64,000 bases of DNA, taken from NCBI GenBank assembly GCA_030390025.1, contig CM059438.1:57042001-57106000 (forward strand), written 5' to 3'. This document shows positions 1-9,765 of the stretch, piece after piece. This DNA is from Squalus acanthias. Lineage: Eukaryota. Each line of letters opens with the position of its first letter. Positions within the stretch are counted from its first letter, which is position 1. The notes beneath the pieces are model-generated. The model was not told the DNA's origin. It searched no databases and worked only from the letters and a program-made list of their open reading frames with translations. The translations under genes were made by a program, and so were the position numbers.

Positions 1-425
1 TTATACTAACCTACCCTTTAACTCTTCCTGTGATTATCTTAAATTGTGCCGTGTTGCAGTCCAGTGGAAACACGCCATCACTATTTAACCCATCATAACT
101 CTTCATGATCTTGAAGAATCCAATCGGATCATCCCTTAACCTCTCGGCTCTAGTGAACTTTACAAGCCTCTCTTCATAACCGTATAACCCCGCACCCTGC
201 TAAACATCCGAGTGAATCTACGCTGTATCTTTCTCATTGCTTTCATATCCTTCCGATAATGAGGTGCCCAAATCTACACAATACTCCTGAACTGTGGCCT
301 AACGACAAGTTTAAAATTAGCTCCCTGCTTTTGTATTCTGTGCCTCTAGATACAAAACCAAGGATTCTTTTTGCCTTATTTATGACCTCATCTACTTGCA
401 ATGCCATCTTTAATGATATGTGTGT
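1..425 (-). mobile_element. Old, decayed CR1 LINE ORF2 C-terminal fragment
   Basis: The reverse complement gives degenerate CR1 motifs (gttaggccaca..gagtattgt = VRP..EYC; ttaaggggatgatccg-like RLRGDL). No open frame; boundaries approximate. Confidence 0.6.
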
Positions 426-431
426 CTTTTT

Positions 432-560
432 TTAAATTCATTCTCGAGATGTGGGTGTCGCAGCAAGGCCAGCATTTATTGGCCATCCCTAGTTTCCCTA
501 ATACAGCTGATTGGCTTACTGGGCCACTTCAGAAGGCAGTTAAGAGTCAATTACGCTGGT
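432..560 (-). mobile_element. 3' end of a non-LTR retrotransposon, same family as 26460-27530
   Basis: gcaaggccagcatttattggccatccctag is the near reverse complement of the tail tagggatgggcaataaatgctggccttgc at 27480-27510. Confidence 0.6.
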
Positions 561-1480
561 CTTTACGTTCCTGTACCATGGAAAACCTCTGATTTATAAC
601 ACCAATAATTGAGTGCAACATTCTCCAATGTATTGAGCTATTTTTTTCTTTAATGTACGGTGGATATTAGAGCTGCCAACACTCATAATGCCTGTGATTT
701 AAAAAAAAATGTTTCTGATTCAAAATGAGGAAAACGTTTTAAGTTGTGTAAACTGCAAGCACTAATAAAACTTTCTAAGATTCGGCGACTAGAGCAGTGG
801 ATCTATTTTAAATGGGCAGAATGTAATTTATATACGGATTAGATTATCTTTTCATGTCAGGGTATTGACACAAGTTTATATCTCTGATTCCACACACAGC
901 AAACTCCCAATCTCAACTGGTCCTTTGGTGAGGGTGTTGAACAGAAGCCCAAATGCTTGCTCACAGGAAGTGGGCTGATTTTGAGTATCTCACAGAACTG
1001 GCTGCCGGGTGATATTATTGGTGGAGGCCTGGGAGCGTTTAGTCTGTGATAAAAAGTGACCCACAATTTTATTTCTGAGGTGCTTTTTTCCTCACAGCTG
1101 CTATGTCTGCTGTGCTTGGTGTTGGTGGCTACAGTTGCTGCACTACCGTAGTTCAGGTATTATAATTGTGGCTTCCTCCCAACACTTTTACCTTGTGCAG
1201 CAGGCGGCAGTTTCCATAGCCTTTAGGATATAATGTACCTGCAACCACAGTGGCTGCTCAGCACACTGTCCTGGCTACTCCAAAAGACACTAAATACCTC
1301 ACTGCCAGACTATTAGATTCAGGGTAAAACTAATAAGTTTATTGACAAATAACTCTGTCACTGTGAATCATCACAGTGCAACCTCTCACTATTTCAACCC
1401 CTTCCCCAGCCCTTGTCTCTGGCTGAACTAGATTGTTCACAATCTCTGTGTCCTATGCCAAGCTGAGCTTCTGACCCTCA

Positions 1481-2020
1481 ACAATTAACAACTTGCATTT
1501 ATATCGCGCCTTTAACATAGAAAAATGCCCCAACGCGCTTCACAGGAGAATTGTCAAACAAAATTTGACACTAAGCCACATATTAGGACAGGTGACCAAA
1601 AGCTTGGTCAAAGAGCTAGGTTTTAAGGAGTGTCTTAAAGAAGGGGAGAGAGTTGGAGAGGTTTAGGGAGGGAATTCCATAGCTTAGGGCTCTGGTAGCT
1701 GAAGGCACGGCCGCCAATGGTGGGGCGATGGAAATTGGGAATGCTTAAGAGGCCAGAATTGGAGGAGCGCAGAGATCTCGGAGGGTTGTAGGGTTGGAGG
1801 AGATTACAGAGATAGGGAGGAGCGAGGCCATGGATGGATTTGAAAAACAAGGAGCATTTTAAAATCGAGGCGTTGCCGGACCGGGAGCCAATGCAGGTCA
1901 GCAAGCACAGGGGTGATGGGTGAATGTGACTCAGTGGGAGTTAGGATATGGGGAGCAGATATTTTGATGAGTTCAAATTTACGGAGGGTGCAAGGTGGCC
2001 AGGAGAGTATTGGAATAGTT
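1481..2020 (-). mobile_element. L2-type LINE 3' end
   Basis: ORF 1635-1904 reads FKSIHGLAPPYLCNLLQPYNPPRSLRSSNSGLL..GGRAFS..PKLWNSLP, a typical L2 ORF2 C-terminus. The tail appears on + as aacaacttgcatttatatcgcgccttt. Confidence 0.8.
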
Positions 2021-2024
2021 GAGC

Positions 2025-2388
2025 ATATTTTATCCCTCTAGAAATAAACTCTAGTGCTTGGTTTGCTTTTTTTATGGCCTTGCTAACCCGTGTCGCAACT
2101 TTTAGTGATTTGTGTATTTGTACTCCGAGATCCCTTTGTTCCTCTACCCCACCCAGACTCGCACCCTCCAAGTAATAAATGACCTCGCTATTCTTCCTAC
2201 CAAAATGTAATACCTCACATTTATCTGTGTTGAACTTCATTTGCCAATTGTATGCATATTCTGCAAGTTTATTAATGTCCTGTAACTTGTTGCAGTCCTC
2301 CTCAGCATTGACTATCCCCCCCAATTTGGTGTCATCCGCAAATTTAGGAATTGTTTTTGATTCCTAAGTCTAAATCGTTAATGTATTC
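2025..2388 (-). mobile_element. CR1 LINE RT internal fragment
   Basis: YINDLD..KFADDTKLGG..WQMKFNTDKCEVLHFGRKN..QRDLGVQIHKSLK..KANQAL. Confidence 0.9.
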
Positions 2389-3289
2389 TGAGTGACTTGG
2401 TGGCCACATCCAGGAATCTGTCTGTCTGTCTTTAGTACCATCCAGGAGGGCTTGGCGGTGTGAATGAGAGAAGTTGTGTGTTCTTCACCCCTGATTTGAT
2501 GCCATGTCCTGCTCCCCTCGGGGCACAGATGGCACTTGAGCTTTCATAACTCTGTCTAAAAGTTAGAAAAATATTGGAAAAACATGCAGTAATTTGAGAG
2601 AAAGGAAAAGGCTGAGCACTGTTCCTATCCACTGGTGTGCTGCTGGATATCACAGGCTCAACAGTGCAATTAAAAGGTCGCACAGAAGTTTCCTGCTGCT
2701 TGAGGGGCTTGCTCCAGTTTTACACCAATGGATATGCAAATGAGCATACCCAGGAAACTTCCGTGTATCTCCCTCTAGAGGCCAGTGGGAATGTAAGACT
2801 GTTTTTCAAAGGTGCAACAGCAGTGTAAATCACATCGAGCAAATTCTGGGCCATTGTTTCTTCAACGCAAAATGAGAGTACAGAAGCCTTGTCGTCACTA
2901 GAATAATTTTCGAGCAATAATGAGCTTGTGCTGCCCCACCATCGAGACCCTCAAGTGATGTAACCTCATAGTACAACCCACACCTCACGCGATCCGGACA
3001 CTGAGACAGAGCACGGACCACTCCTGGGATTTTCCAGCATCAGTCATCCAGCAGTACCACCGGCACACACCACTGCACAATTTCCCCATGTAATGAATTT
3101 GTCTATTTTCCCAATCCACACACTTGCAGGCATTAACTCTTCATTGAAGTAGTGACCCAGCCATTAAACAAGCTTGGCCTAATTAGCTTCTGGATACATA
3201 GTCCTGCACATCTTTTCCTTTTCAAATATCGAGTCAGAGGGTCTGGGTTGCGATGGTGGGTAAGGCCAGGCTGTGGAAGGACTATTAAC

Positions 3290-3720
3290 GAGAGCAAGGA
3301 TTTTGAAGTTGTGTTGGGAGCCTTTAGAGGTCATTAAGGAGAGGGCTGACGGGATCCTGTGGAACAGGAGGCAGGTGCTGGAATTTTGGACAAGTTAGAG
3401 TTTGCACAGGGAGCAGTTTGGGAGGCCGGCAGGAAGGGCAATCATAGAATCCTAGAACCATAGACTAATCAGGGCATTCGAGAAGTCAAGTCTTAAGGTA
3501 ACAAAAGCATACAAAGGGTTCCAGGGCGATGGGGCGAAGGCAGGTTGTAGAAGTATGCTGTCCTGGTGATGGATGTGATACGGGGGCAACAAGCTCAGCT
3601 CAGGGCTGAAGTTGCTCACAGTCTGGTTCAGTCTGAGTGCGCAGCCATGGGCGGGGGTGGGGCAGGGGGTGGTTGTAGAGTTGGTGCAAAGGGTTGAAGT
3701 ACTTGGTGAGAGCCCAGTAA
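3290..3720 (-). mobile_element. Decayed L2 LINE fragment
   Basis: LRLNQTV.N and AFVTLRLDFSNAL resemble the L2 ORF2 motif HAFVTSRLDYSNAL. Confidence 0.55.
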
Positions 3721-4299
3721 GATGACTCTCACCACAAGAGAGCGTCACTCATCCCTTTCTCAGATACAGAGCGACATGATGCGCATTTTCAGGATATTTT
3801 CTTTCTATCTCAGATTTCCAGCATATGTGTGTTGTTTTCCTTTTCTCAGTCCTCTCCCTTTCAGCTCGTCTGGTTGGTGTCTGTGTAAAGAAGTCATTCG
3901 ATCAGCTCAGCCTTGAACTACTTCATTGTTCTTGAGCTGCCCCAGGCTCAGTCAAGATTCTATTTGAAGTTGTTTGGCTGAGATCTGAGCTGGCAGCACT
4001 CTGAGAATTTGCATGGCTCACATAATCTACACACAGCTGTCAGGCTTTGAGTTGTTCCAGAAAATTTCCTGATGGCTTGAGACAGGTCCTAACCAGTAAA
4101 ATATTCTTGGTAAATACCCAGAGGGTATATCTCATCACCTGTGGATCTGCAAAACACAAAGGCGTCTCCTGTTCCCAGCTGAGCACATTCAGTGTGATAA
4201 GTGCGCAGAAAAGTCTCTCTCCACTTTATATTCTGTTGAGGAGAGTATGCAAATTTTACCTTAGAAGATTTTAACTTGAGTTTTGGGGCAAAATGATAA

Positions 4300-4412
4300 C
4301 ATTTAGATATAAACATCTTTAGAAAGGACACCAAGGCCTTCGAGAAGCTGCAGAGGAGATTTACTAGAAGAATGGTACCAGGGGTGAGAGACTTCAGTTA
4401 TGTGGAGAGACT
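4300..4412 (+). mobile_element. Older CR1 fragment abutting a younger antisense CR1
   Basis: tttagaaaggacaccaaggccttcgagaagctgcagaggagatttactaga encodes FRKDTKAFEKLQRRFTR. Confidence 0.7.
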
Positions 4413-4785
4413 TGCACAGGATTATATAGAATACACAGCATAGAAACAGGCCATTCGGCCCAACTAGTCCATGCCGGTATTTATGCTCCACTCGAGCCTC
4501 CTCCCGTCTTTCCTCATCTAACTCTATCAGCATAACCCTCTATTCCCTTCTCCCTCATATGCTTGTCGAGCCTCCCCTTAAATGCATCTATACTATTCAC
4601 TTCAACCACTCCCTGTGGTAGCGAGTTCCACATTCTCACCACTCTTTGGGTAAAGAAGTTTCTTCTGAATTCCCTATTGGATTTCTTGGTGACTATCTTA
4701 TATTGAAGGCCTCTAGTTATGCTCTTCCCCACAAGTGGAAACATTCTCTCTCTATCCACTCTTATCAAAACCTTTCATAACTTTG
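4413..4785 (-). mobile_element. Young CR1 LINE 3' end
   Basis: ORF 4514-4768 RMFPLVGKSITRG..FRRNFFTQRVVRMWNSLP, plus the CR1 3' UTR motif ggccattcggccc. Confidence 0.9.
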
Positions 4786-4980
4786 AGGACGCGATCACTG
4801 CCAACGAAACTGCAGGACATGAATGTCTCACGCTGCGCAGTTGCAGTTTAATGACGTGATGTCATATTCAGCGACTTGGCCTCTTCCAAGCCGCGCATGC
4901 ATCCTGCAATTTTGATAGTAAAAAAGTTTTAAAATATTGTAGCGTGAAAAGTGGAATGAAATTTGACTTGAAAACAAGTG

Positions 4981-5372
4981 CCTGAGGAGTTGATCCAGGG
5001 GGAGCCTTGAAACTGCCGCCTGAGGAGTCAATCCAGGGGGATCCTTGAAACTGCCGCCTGAGGGGTCAATCCAGGGGGAGCCTTGAAACTGCCGCCTGAG
5101 GGGTCAATCCAGGGGGAGCCTTGAAACTGCCGACTGAGGAGTCGATCCAGGGGGAGCCTTGAAACTGCCACCTGAGGAGTCAATCCAGGGGGAGCCTTGA
5201 AACTGCCGACTGAGGAGTCGATCCAGGGGGAGCCTTGAAACTGCCGCCTGAGGGGTCAATCCAGGGGGAGCCTTGAAACGGCCGCCTGAGGGGTCAATCC
5301 AGGGGGAGCCTTGAAACTGCCGTCTGAGGAGTTGATCCAGGGGGGATCCTTGAAACTGCCGCCTGAGGAGTC
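4981..5372. repeat. 38-bp minisatellite, ~10 copies (CCTGAGGAGTCAATCCAGGGGGAGCCTTGAAACTGCCG)
   Basis: Direct tandem units visible, with 1-3 substitutions each. Confidence 0.95.
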
Positions 5373-5449
5373 GGGGGAACGGGGCCTGAATTTTGTGCTG
5401 GAGGATTTTTATTCACTTTAAAATCCTTAAAGGGGACAACATATCAGAG

Positions 5450-5630
5450 AATCCCAGCTCAGTCCCTGGACTGTATGGGTTTGGCCAAGGCAGCAGTCAA
5501 CGTGCTGCAATTCACTGCAATGTCACTGGGTCAGGAAAATAAATATATTGGCCAAGCATCCTGCTCCTGATCACTATCCAGCGACTGGTGTTGGAAAGCA
5601 TGCACAAGGTGCTGGGCTGTGATGCCCCTT
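5450..5630 (+). mobile_element. Possible old SINE remnant
   Basis: cctgctcctgatcactatccagcgact..ggaaagcatgc..ggctgtgatgcccc resembles a SINE body I recall from chondrichthyan genomes. Recollection only, heavily decayed. Confidence 0.3.
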
Positions 5631-5874
5631 CCGTGGCTGAATGCCCAATGCTCAGGCTCACACACAAACAGTGACTCTTTAGGTGATGCACCATTGGTGG
5701 CTGGTACGTTGTCTTGGGCCAGTTGCCAACTCATCAGTACGTCGGCCCCAGTCTTGAACTGAACATCGCCTGGGTTGTGTGGAATGTGCATTAATCTGCT
5801 AGATAAACAGATGGGTGGTTTGGGGTGCGGTCACCATGTTCTGTGTTGGTAAACAAGTTGGAATGAATTGACCT

Positions 5875-6255
5875 GGTGTCAGCCGTGGCTCAATGGGTAG
5901 CACTCTCACCTCTTGAGTCAGAAGGTCGTGGGTTCAAGTCTCACTCCAAAGACTTGAGCACATAAAAGGCTCCAAAGGCTGTCACACCAGTGCAGAACTG
6001 AGGGAGCGGTGCACTGTCGGAGGTGCCGTCTTTCAGATGAGACGTTAAACCGAGGCCCCATTCCCTGCTCGAGTAGATATAAAAGACATGATTCAAAGAA
6101 GAGTAGGGGAGTTCTCAATTCCTGGCCTACATTTATCCCTTAACCAGCACTACCTGTTGCTTTTTTGTGGGACCTTGCTGTGCGCAAATTATAGCATTTC
6201 CCTACATTACAACAGTTATTACACTTCAAAAGTTATTAATTGGCTTTGGGACAGG
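5875..6255 (+). mobile_element. tRNA-derived SINE, Deu-domain type (SacSINE1/AmnSINE1-like)
   Basis: A box TGGCTCAATGG (5886), B box GGTTCAAGTCT (5931), central ctgagggagcggtgcactgtcggaggtgccgtctttcagatgagacgttaaaccgaggcccc. The body matches the antisense copy at 28500-28865. Confidence 0.8.
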
Positions 6256-6402
6256 AATCTCACTTGTCTTTGCGGGTGAAAGCAGGAATATGCATCTTCA
6301 CTTTCCAGGTTTACTTGATGCTTCGCTTTAAATTGTAACCACTCCCCCCCCCCCCCCCCCCCCAACTCTCTCCATTTGATTCTATTTCTAGGGTGTTCCC
6401 TG

Positions 6403-6520
6403 TCATAGGAACAGGAGGAGGCCATTCAACCCCTCGAGCCTGTCCCGCCGTTCAATTAGACCATGTGTACCTCCATTCCATTTACCTGCATTTGCTCCAA
6501 ATCCCTAGATACCCTTACAG
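6403..6520 (-). mobile_element. Short CR1 3' UTR tail
   Basis: cataggaacaggaggaggccattcaacccctcgagcctg is the reverse complement of the CR1 tail type seen at 16700-16760. Confidence 0.7.
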
Positions 6521-6574
6521 CGCTTCTGGGTTGGGACAAGGTGGTGATGGCCCCCATCGCACTGCCCGTTAACA

Positions 6575-6972
6575 CCCGCTAGCGTGTGCGGTGCCCAACT
6601 CCATTAGCACACTTGTGGACCCAGCCATGACGCAGCGTCTGTTGGCCAATGCCTCAGCTTCCATTGCAGCACAAGCAGCAGCCAGCCACCCGACCTCTGG
6701 GTGCTGGAGAGGGAGCTCAGACTGCCGCCATCATAGCTCTGGATTCCAGTGTTCAAACTAATTACTAGGATTGCTGAGTTGCCGCCCCAGGGGGTGGCAG
6801 TGGCTCCGTGGAGGACGAACCTGCTGCCCCCTCTCAGGACGACAACCTTCGTCCTGCCAGCACTGCCACTCCGCCAGTGTCCTTGCTGTTGTCTGTCAGC
6901 CAGCCGGTCCGGACTGCTGGCGCCCGTGCTGAGATGGTGCAGTCCGCAGCCGGGCCTTCTCGGCCCAGAGCT
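6575..6972 (+). mobile_element. GC-rich decayed coding fragment, possibly the C-terminal part of a Harbinger accessory (Myb/SANT) gene
   Basis: Ala/Pro/Ser-rich frames (STLVDPAMTQRLLANASASIAAQAAA; EDEPAAPSQDD..QSAAGPSRPRA) that stand out from AT-rich flanks. No catalytic or Myb motif is visible; the family call is recollection. Confidence 0.3.
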
Positions 6973-7524
6973 TATATTCTCCCTAGAGCAGAGTGAGATA
7001 TACTTGGAGTCTTAAGAAAACCGTTTTGGTGCATTGGAAGCTCTCTCAATGGAGGTGTACTTGAATTGAACATATTTTTTGTTGAGTCCTTTATGTTTAA
7101 AACAAAATGCAAAATAAAGAACATTACTTTGAAATACCATTTCTGCATTAATTCTGTCTCTTCCTTTCCATATAAAAGTCACTTGCATATTACTGAAGAT
7201 CTACTAATGGGCCTGCTTGAGAATCAATTGACATGAAATTAACAATTTGATTATTGGAAAAGAGGCAACACAACTTTAAAAACAACATTGCACGAACAAA
7301 AATAATGCTCTCACAAAGTAAAGAATGCACATTATTTTCATTCATTTTATTCATCAGACTATGAAAGTGTAGTTTAAATATTACATAAGATTGTCCTGTC
7401 TGCTGGGTGATTAAGTACCTCTGCTACTAGGAGATGAACAGAGGCTGTATAGATCACATTATATATTAATGCCACTTCACACCGTGCTAATATCTCATGC
7501 TGCTCCAAACAGATATATTTTCAT

Positions 7525-7905
7525 AAATAAAAACAGAAAATGCTGGGGATGCTCAGCAAGTCAGGCAGCATCTGTGGTGAGAGAAACAGTTAATGTTTCA
7601 GCTCGATGATCCTTTGTCAGAACTGGAAAAAGTTAGAGATGTAACAGATTTTAAGCAGGTGCAGAGGCAGGGAAAGGGGGGAGGGGAGGAAAGAACAAAA
7701 GGGAGGGTCTGTGATAGGGTGGAAGACAGGAGAGATTAAATGACAAAAGGCATGATAGTGCGAGGTGAAAGGAGATGGTAAAGGGACACAAAAAGGAACA
7801 AAAGATGGGAATGGGAGAATCATCAACAGCTGCTGTCTGAAAAATGGGGGCAGAGGTTATGGTCTGAAATTGGTGAACTCGATGTTGAGTCCAGAAGGCT
7901 GTAAA
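7525..7905 (-). mobile_element. Penelope-like element 3' end (ORF C-terminus plus pLTR)
   Basis: Minus strand reads LQPSGLNIEFTNFRP* (typical PLE GIY-YIG C-terminus), then a pyrimidine-rich tract, a hammerhead-like core and the tail cagatgctgcctgacttgctgagcatccccagcattttctg. Confidence 0.75.
7587..7625 (-). ncRNA. Degenerate minimal type-I hammerhead ribozyme motif in the Penelope pLTR
   Basis: Minus strand CAGTT-CTGACAA-AGGATCATCGAGCT-GAAACATT-AACTG: 5-bp stem I, CUGANGA-like box, imperfect stem II, GAAA box. Core substitutions suggest this copy is inactive. Confidence 0.55.
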
Positions 7906-8199
7906 TTGTATATTTTCATACATTTATATTCATATATATTTCAATATATTTTCATACACCTCTATGGGGAATTTGTTAACACATTCAGATGGACAATCCA
8001 AAAAAACTCGAAAGGACAATAGGGCTGCACTAAATTAAAATCCAATGAAGCAAGGGAATAAACTATAATCACCAAAGTGATTACGAGTGCTGCTTAATAA
8101 CTTCTTACAGTACCCATAGTTCAAACAATCAGCCGAGATTCACCAATTAGATAAAGCTACAGTGCTTGATTGCCTACCTAATTTTACCAGAGAATAATT

Positions 8200-8720
8200 T
8201 ACACAGGATTACATAGGATCTATGGCACAGAAACAAGCCATTCGCCCCAACCAGTCCATGCAGGTGTTTATGCTCCACTCGAGCTTCCTCCTGTTTTTCC
8301 TCATCTAAATCTATCAGCATAACCCTCTATTCCCTTCTCCCTCATATGCTTGTCGAGCCTCCCCTTAAATGCATCTATACTATTCGCTTCAACCACTCCC
8401 TGTGGTAGCGAGTTCCACATTCTCACCACTCTTTGGGTAAAGAAGTTTCTTCTGAATTCCCTATTGGATTTCTTGGTGACTATCTTATATTGAAGGCCTC
8501 TAGTTATGCTCTTCCCCACAAGTGGAAACAATCTCTCTGTATCCACTCTATCAAAATCTTTCATAATTTTAAAGACCTCTATTAGGTCACCCCTCAGCCT
8601 TTTTTCAAGAGAAAAGAGACCCAGCCTGTTCATCCTTTCCTGACATGTATACCCTCGCATTTCTGGTATCATCCTTGTAAATCTTCTCTTCACCCTCTCC
8701 AGTGCCTCTATATCCTTTAA
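8200..8720 (-). mobile_element. Young CR1 LINE 3' portion
   Basis: ORF 8301-8693 RRFTRMIP..LGLFSLEKRLRGDLIEVFKIM..WNSLP. Nearly identical to 4413-4785 over the shared span. Confidence 0.92.
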
Positions 8721-8996
8721 TATGCAATAAATTCTCTACTGATAGAATAAAATAAAAGCTTTTTCATCTCTCATTGATTTTGATTGTAGTAATTCTGGAA
8801 GCAGATGTGACCATATGCACTTGTATTAGACAAGAAATCTATACCATTGTTTGGGTGGGTTCAAAATAGAGAGAACATTTTATAAACAAACATGGAACCT
8901 GAACCAACGTTATTATCAAAAATCATCAATTAGTAACGATCCCAGTGATGCTGCAAATTCACCTATTAGCAGGAATCGGGCTCTTGCTCACTCCAT

Positions 8997-9225
8997 CAAC
9001 AATAATTTGCATTTATGTAGCTCCTTTAATGTAGAATACATCCCAAAGCACTTCACAGAAATGTAATCAAAAAATGGATGGCAGGAAATAACAGGAGGGG
9101 AACTTGGTCACAGAGGTGATTTCTAAGGAGGGTCTTAAAGGAGGAGAAGGAAGTGAAGAGTGGAGGGATTTAGGGAGGGAATTTCAGAACAGGTGGGTTA
9201 GGGGGCTGAAGACACGCCCACCAAA
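8997..9225 (-). mobile_element. L2/SINE 3' tail fragment
   Basis: aacaataatttgcatttatgtagctccttt..gggatttagggagggaatttcag, homologous to 1481-1720. Confidence 0.65.
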
Positions 9226-9487
9226 GGCGAAAAGCATTTCAGGGCCCGGGGCAGCACCTGCACATCCCCCGCTCCCCCGCCACAGATCTTGTGTGTGAAC
9301 GGCAATGGCAGGCGTCAGTGTTTATATTGTAATGACTCTGGTAACTCTGCTGTGCCACCTTCGTAAAAGCTACAATACTTTGATCCAGTGATTGTTTGCA
9401 GTTCCTCTGCGTTAGGGTGGATTTACTGGGGGGCCCATATTTGCACAGGGCTCCCAACCGGAGGGAGGGGGGCATATTTGGCAGTAT

Positions 9488-9725
9488 TGTGGCGGATCGC
9501 CACCTAAAACGGGCATAATCCACTCTTCCGTCTGTGGACAAATTTCCAGCACCTTCCCTTTAAGGCACCTAACCATTAAGGCAGAAGGGGGCGGGGCCTC
9601 AGGTTTTACCCAGAGAATTCTGGGGGCTTTTCAGTCTGCCATTTGGTGCCATGCTGTGATTAAAAAGTCTCTTGTTTAACACAAATGGATTCAGCCTTAA
9701 TTCGTGTTTCGCGGCAGCCTCAACA
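9488..9725 (+). repeat. 5' LTR (238 bp)
   Basis: TGTGGCGGATCG...GCCTCAACA; direct repeat of 13599-13820. Contains ATTAAA as a candidate polyA signal. Confidence 0.97.
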
Positions 9726-9726
9726 T

Positions 9727-9740
9727 TGGTGACCCCGACG
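9727..9740 (+). promoter_or_regulatory. Primer-binding site complementary to the tRNA-Trp 3' end
   Basis: TGGTGACCCCGACG, 1 nt after the LTR, is the reverse complement of ..CGUCGGGGUCACCA of eukaryotic tRNA-Trp(CCA). Confidence 0.9.
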
Positions 9741-9765
9741 CTCAGAACGTATTCCGAGCACTGCA

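Noticed and set aside
1372..1399. V(D)J recombination signal (CACAGTG + 12 nt + ATTTCAACC)
   Set aside because: The nonamer matches only 5/9, no V, D or J segment is adjacent, and it lies in decayed LINE-like sequence.
2600..3060. Possible host exon (short ORFs on both strands)
   Set aside because: No recognisable domain, no convincing splice-site pair, and stops in all frames.
4981..5372. CRISPR-like 38-bp repeat containing TTGAAAC
   Set aside because: No spacers; a pure tandem minisatellite.
5875..5950. tRNA gene
   Set aside because: A and B boxes are present but continue into a SINE body found elsewhere in the window; no proper acceptor stem or terminator.
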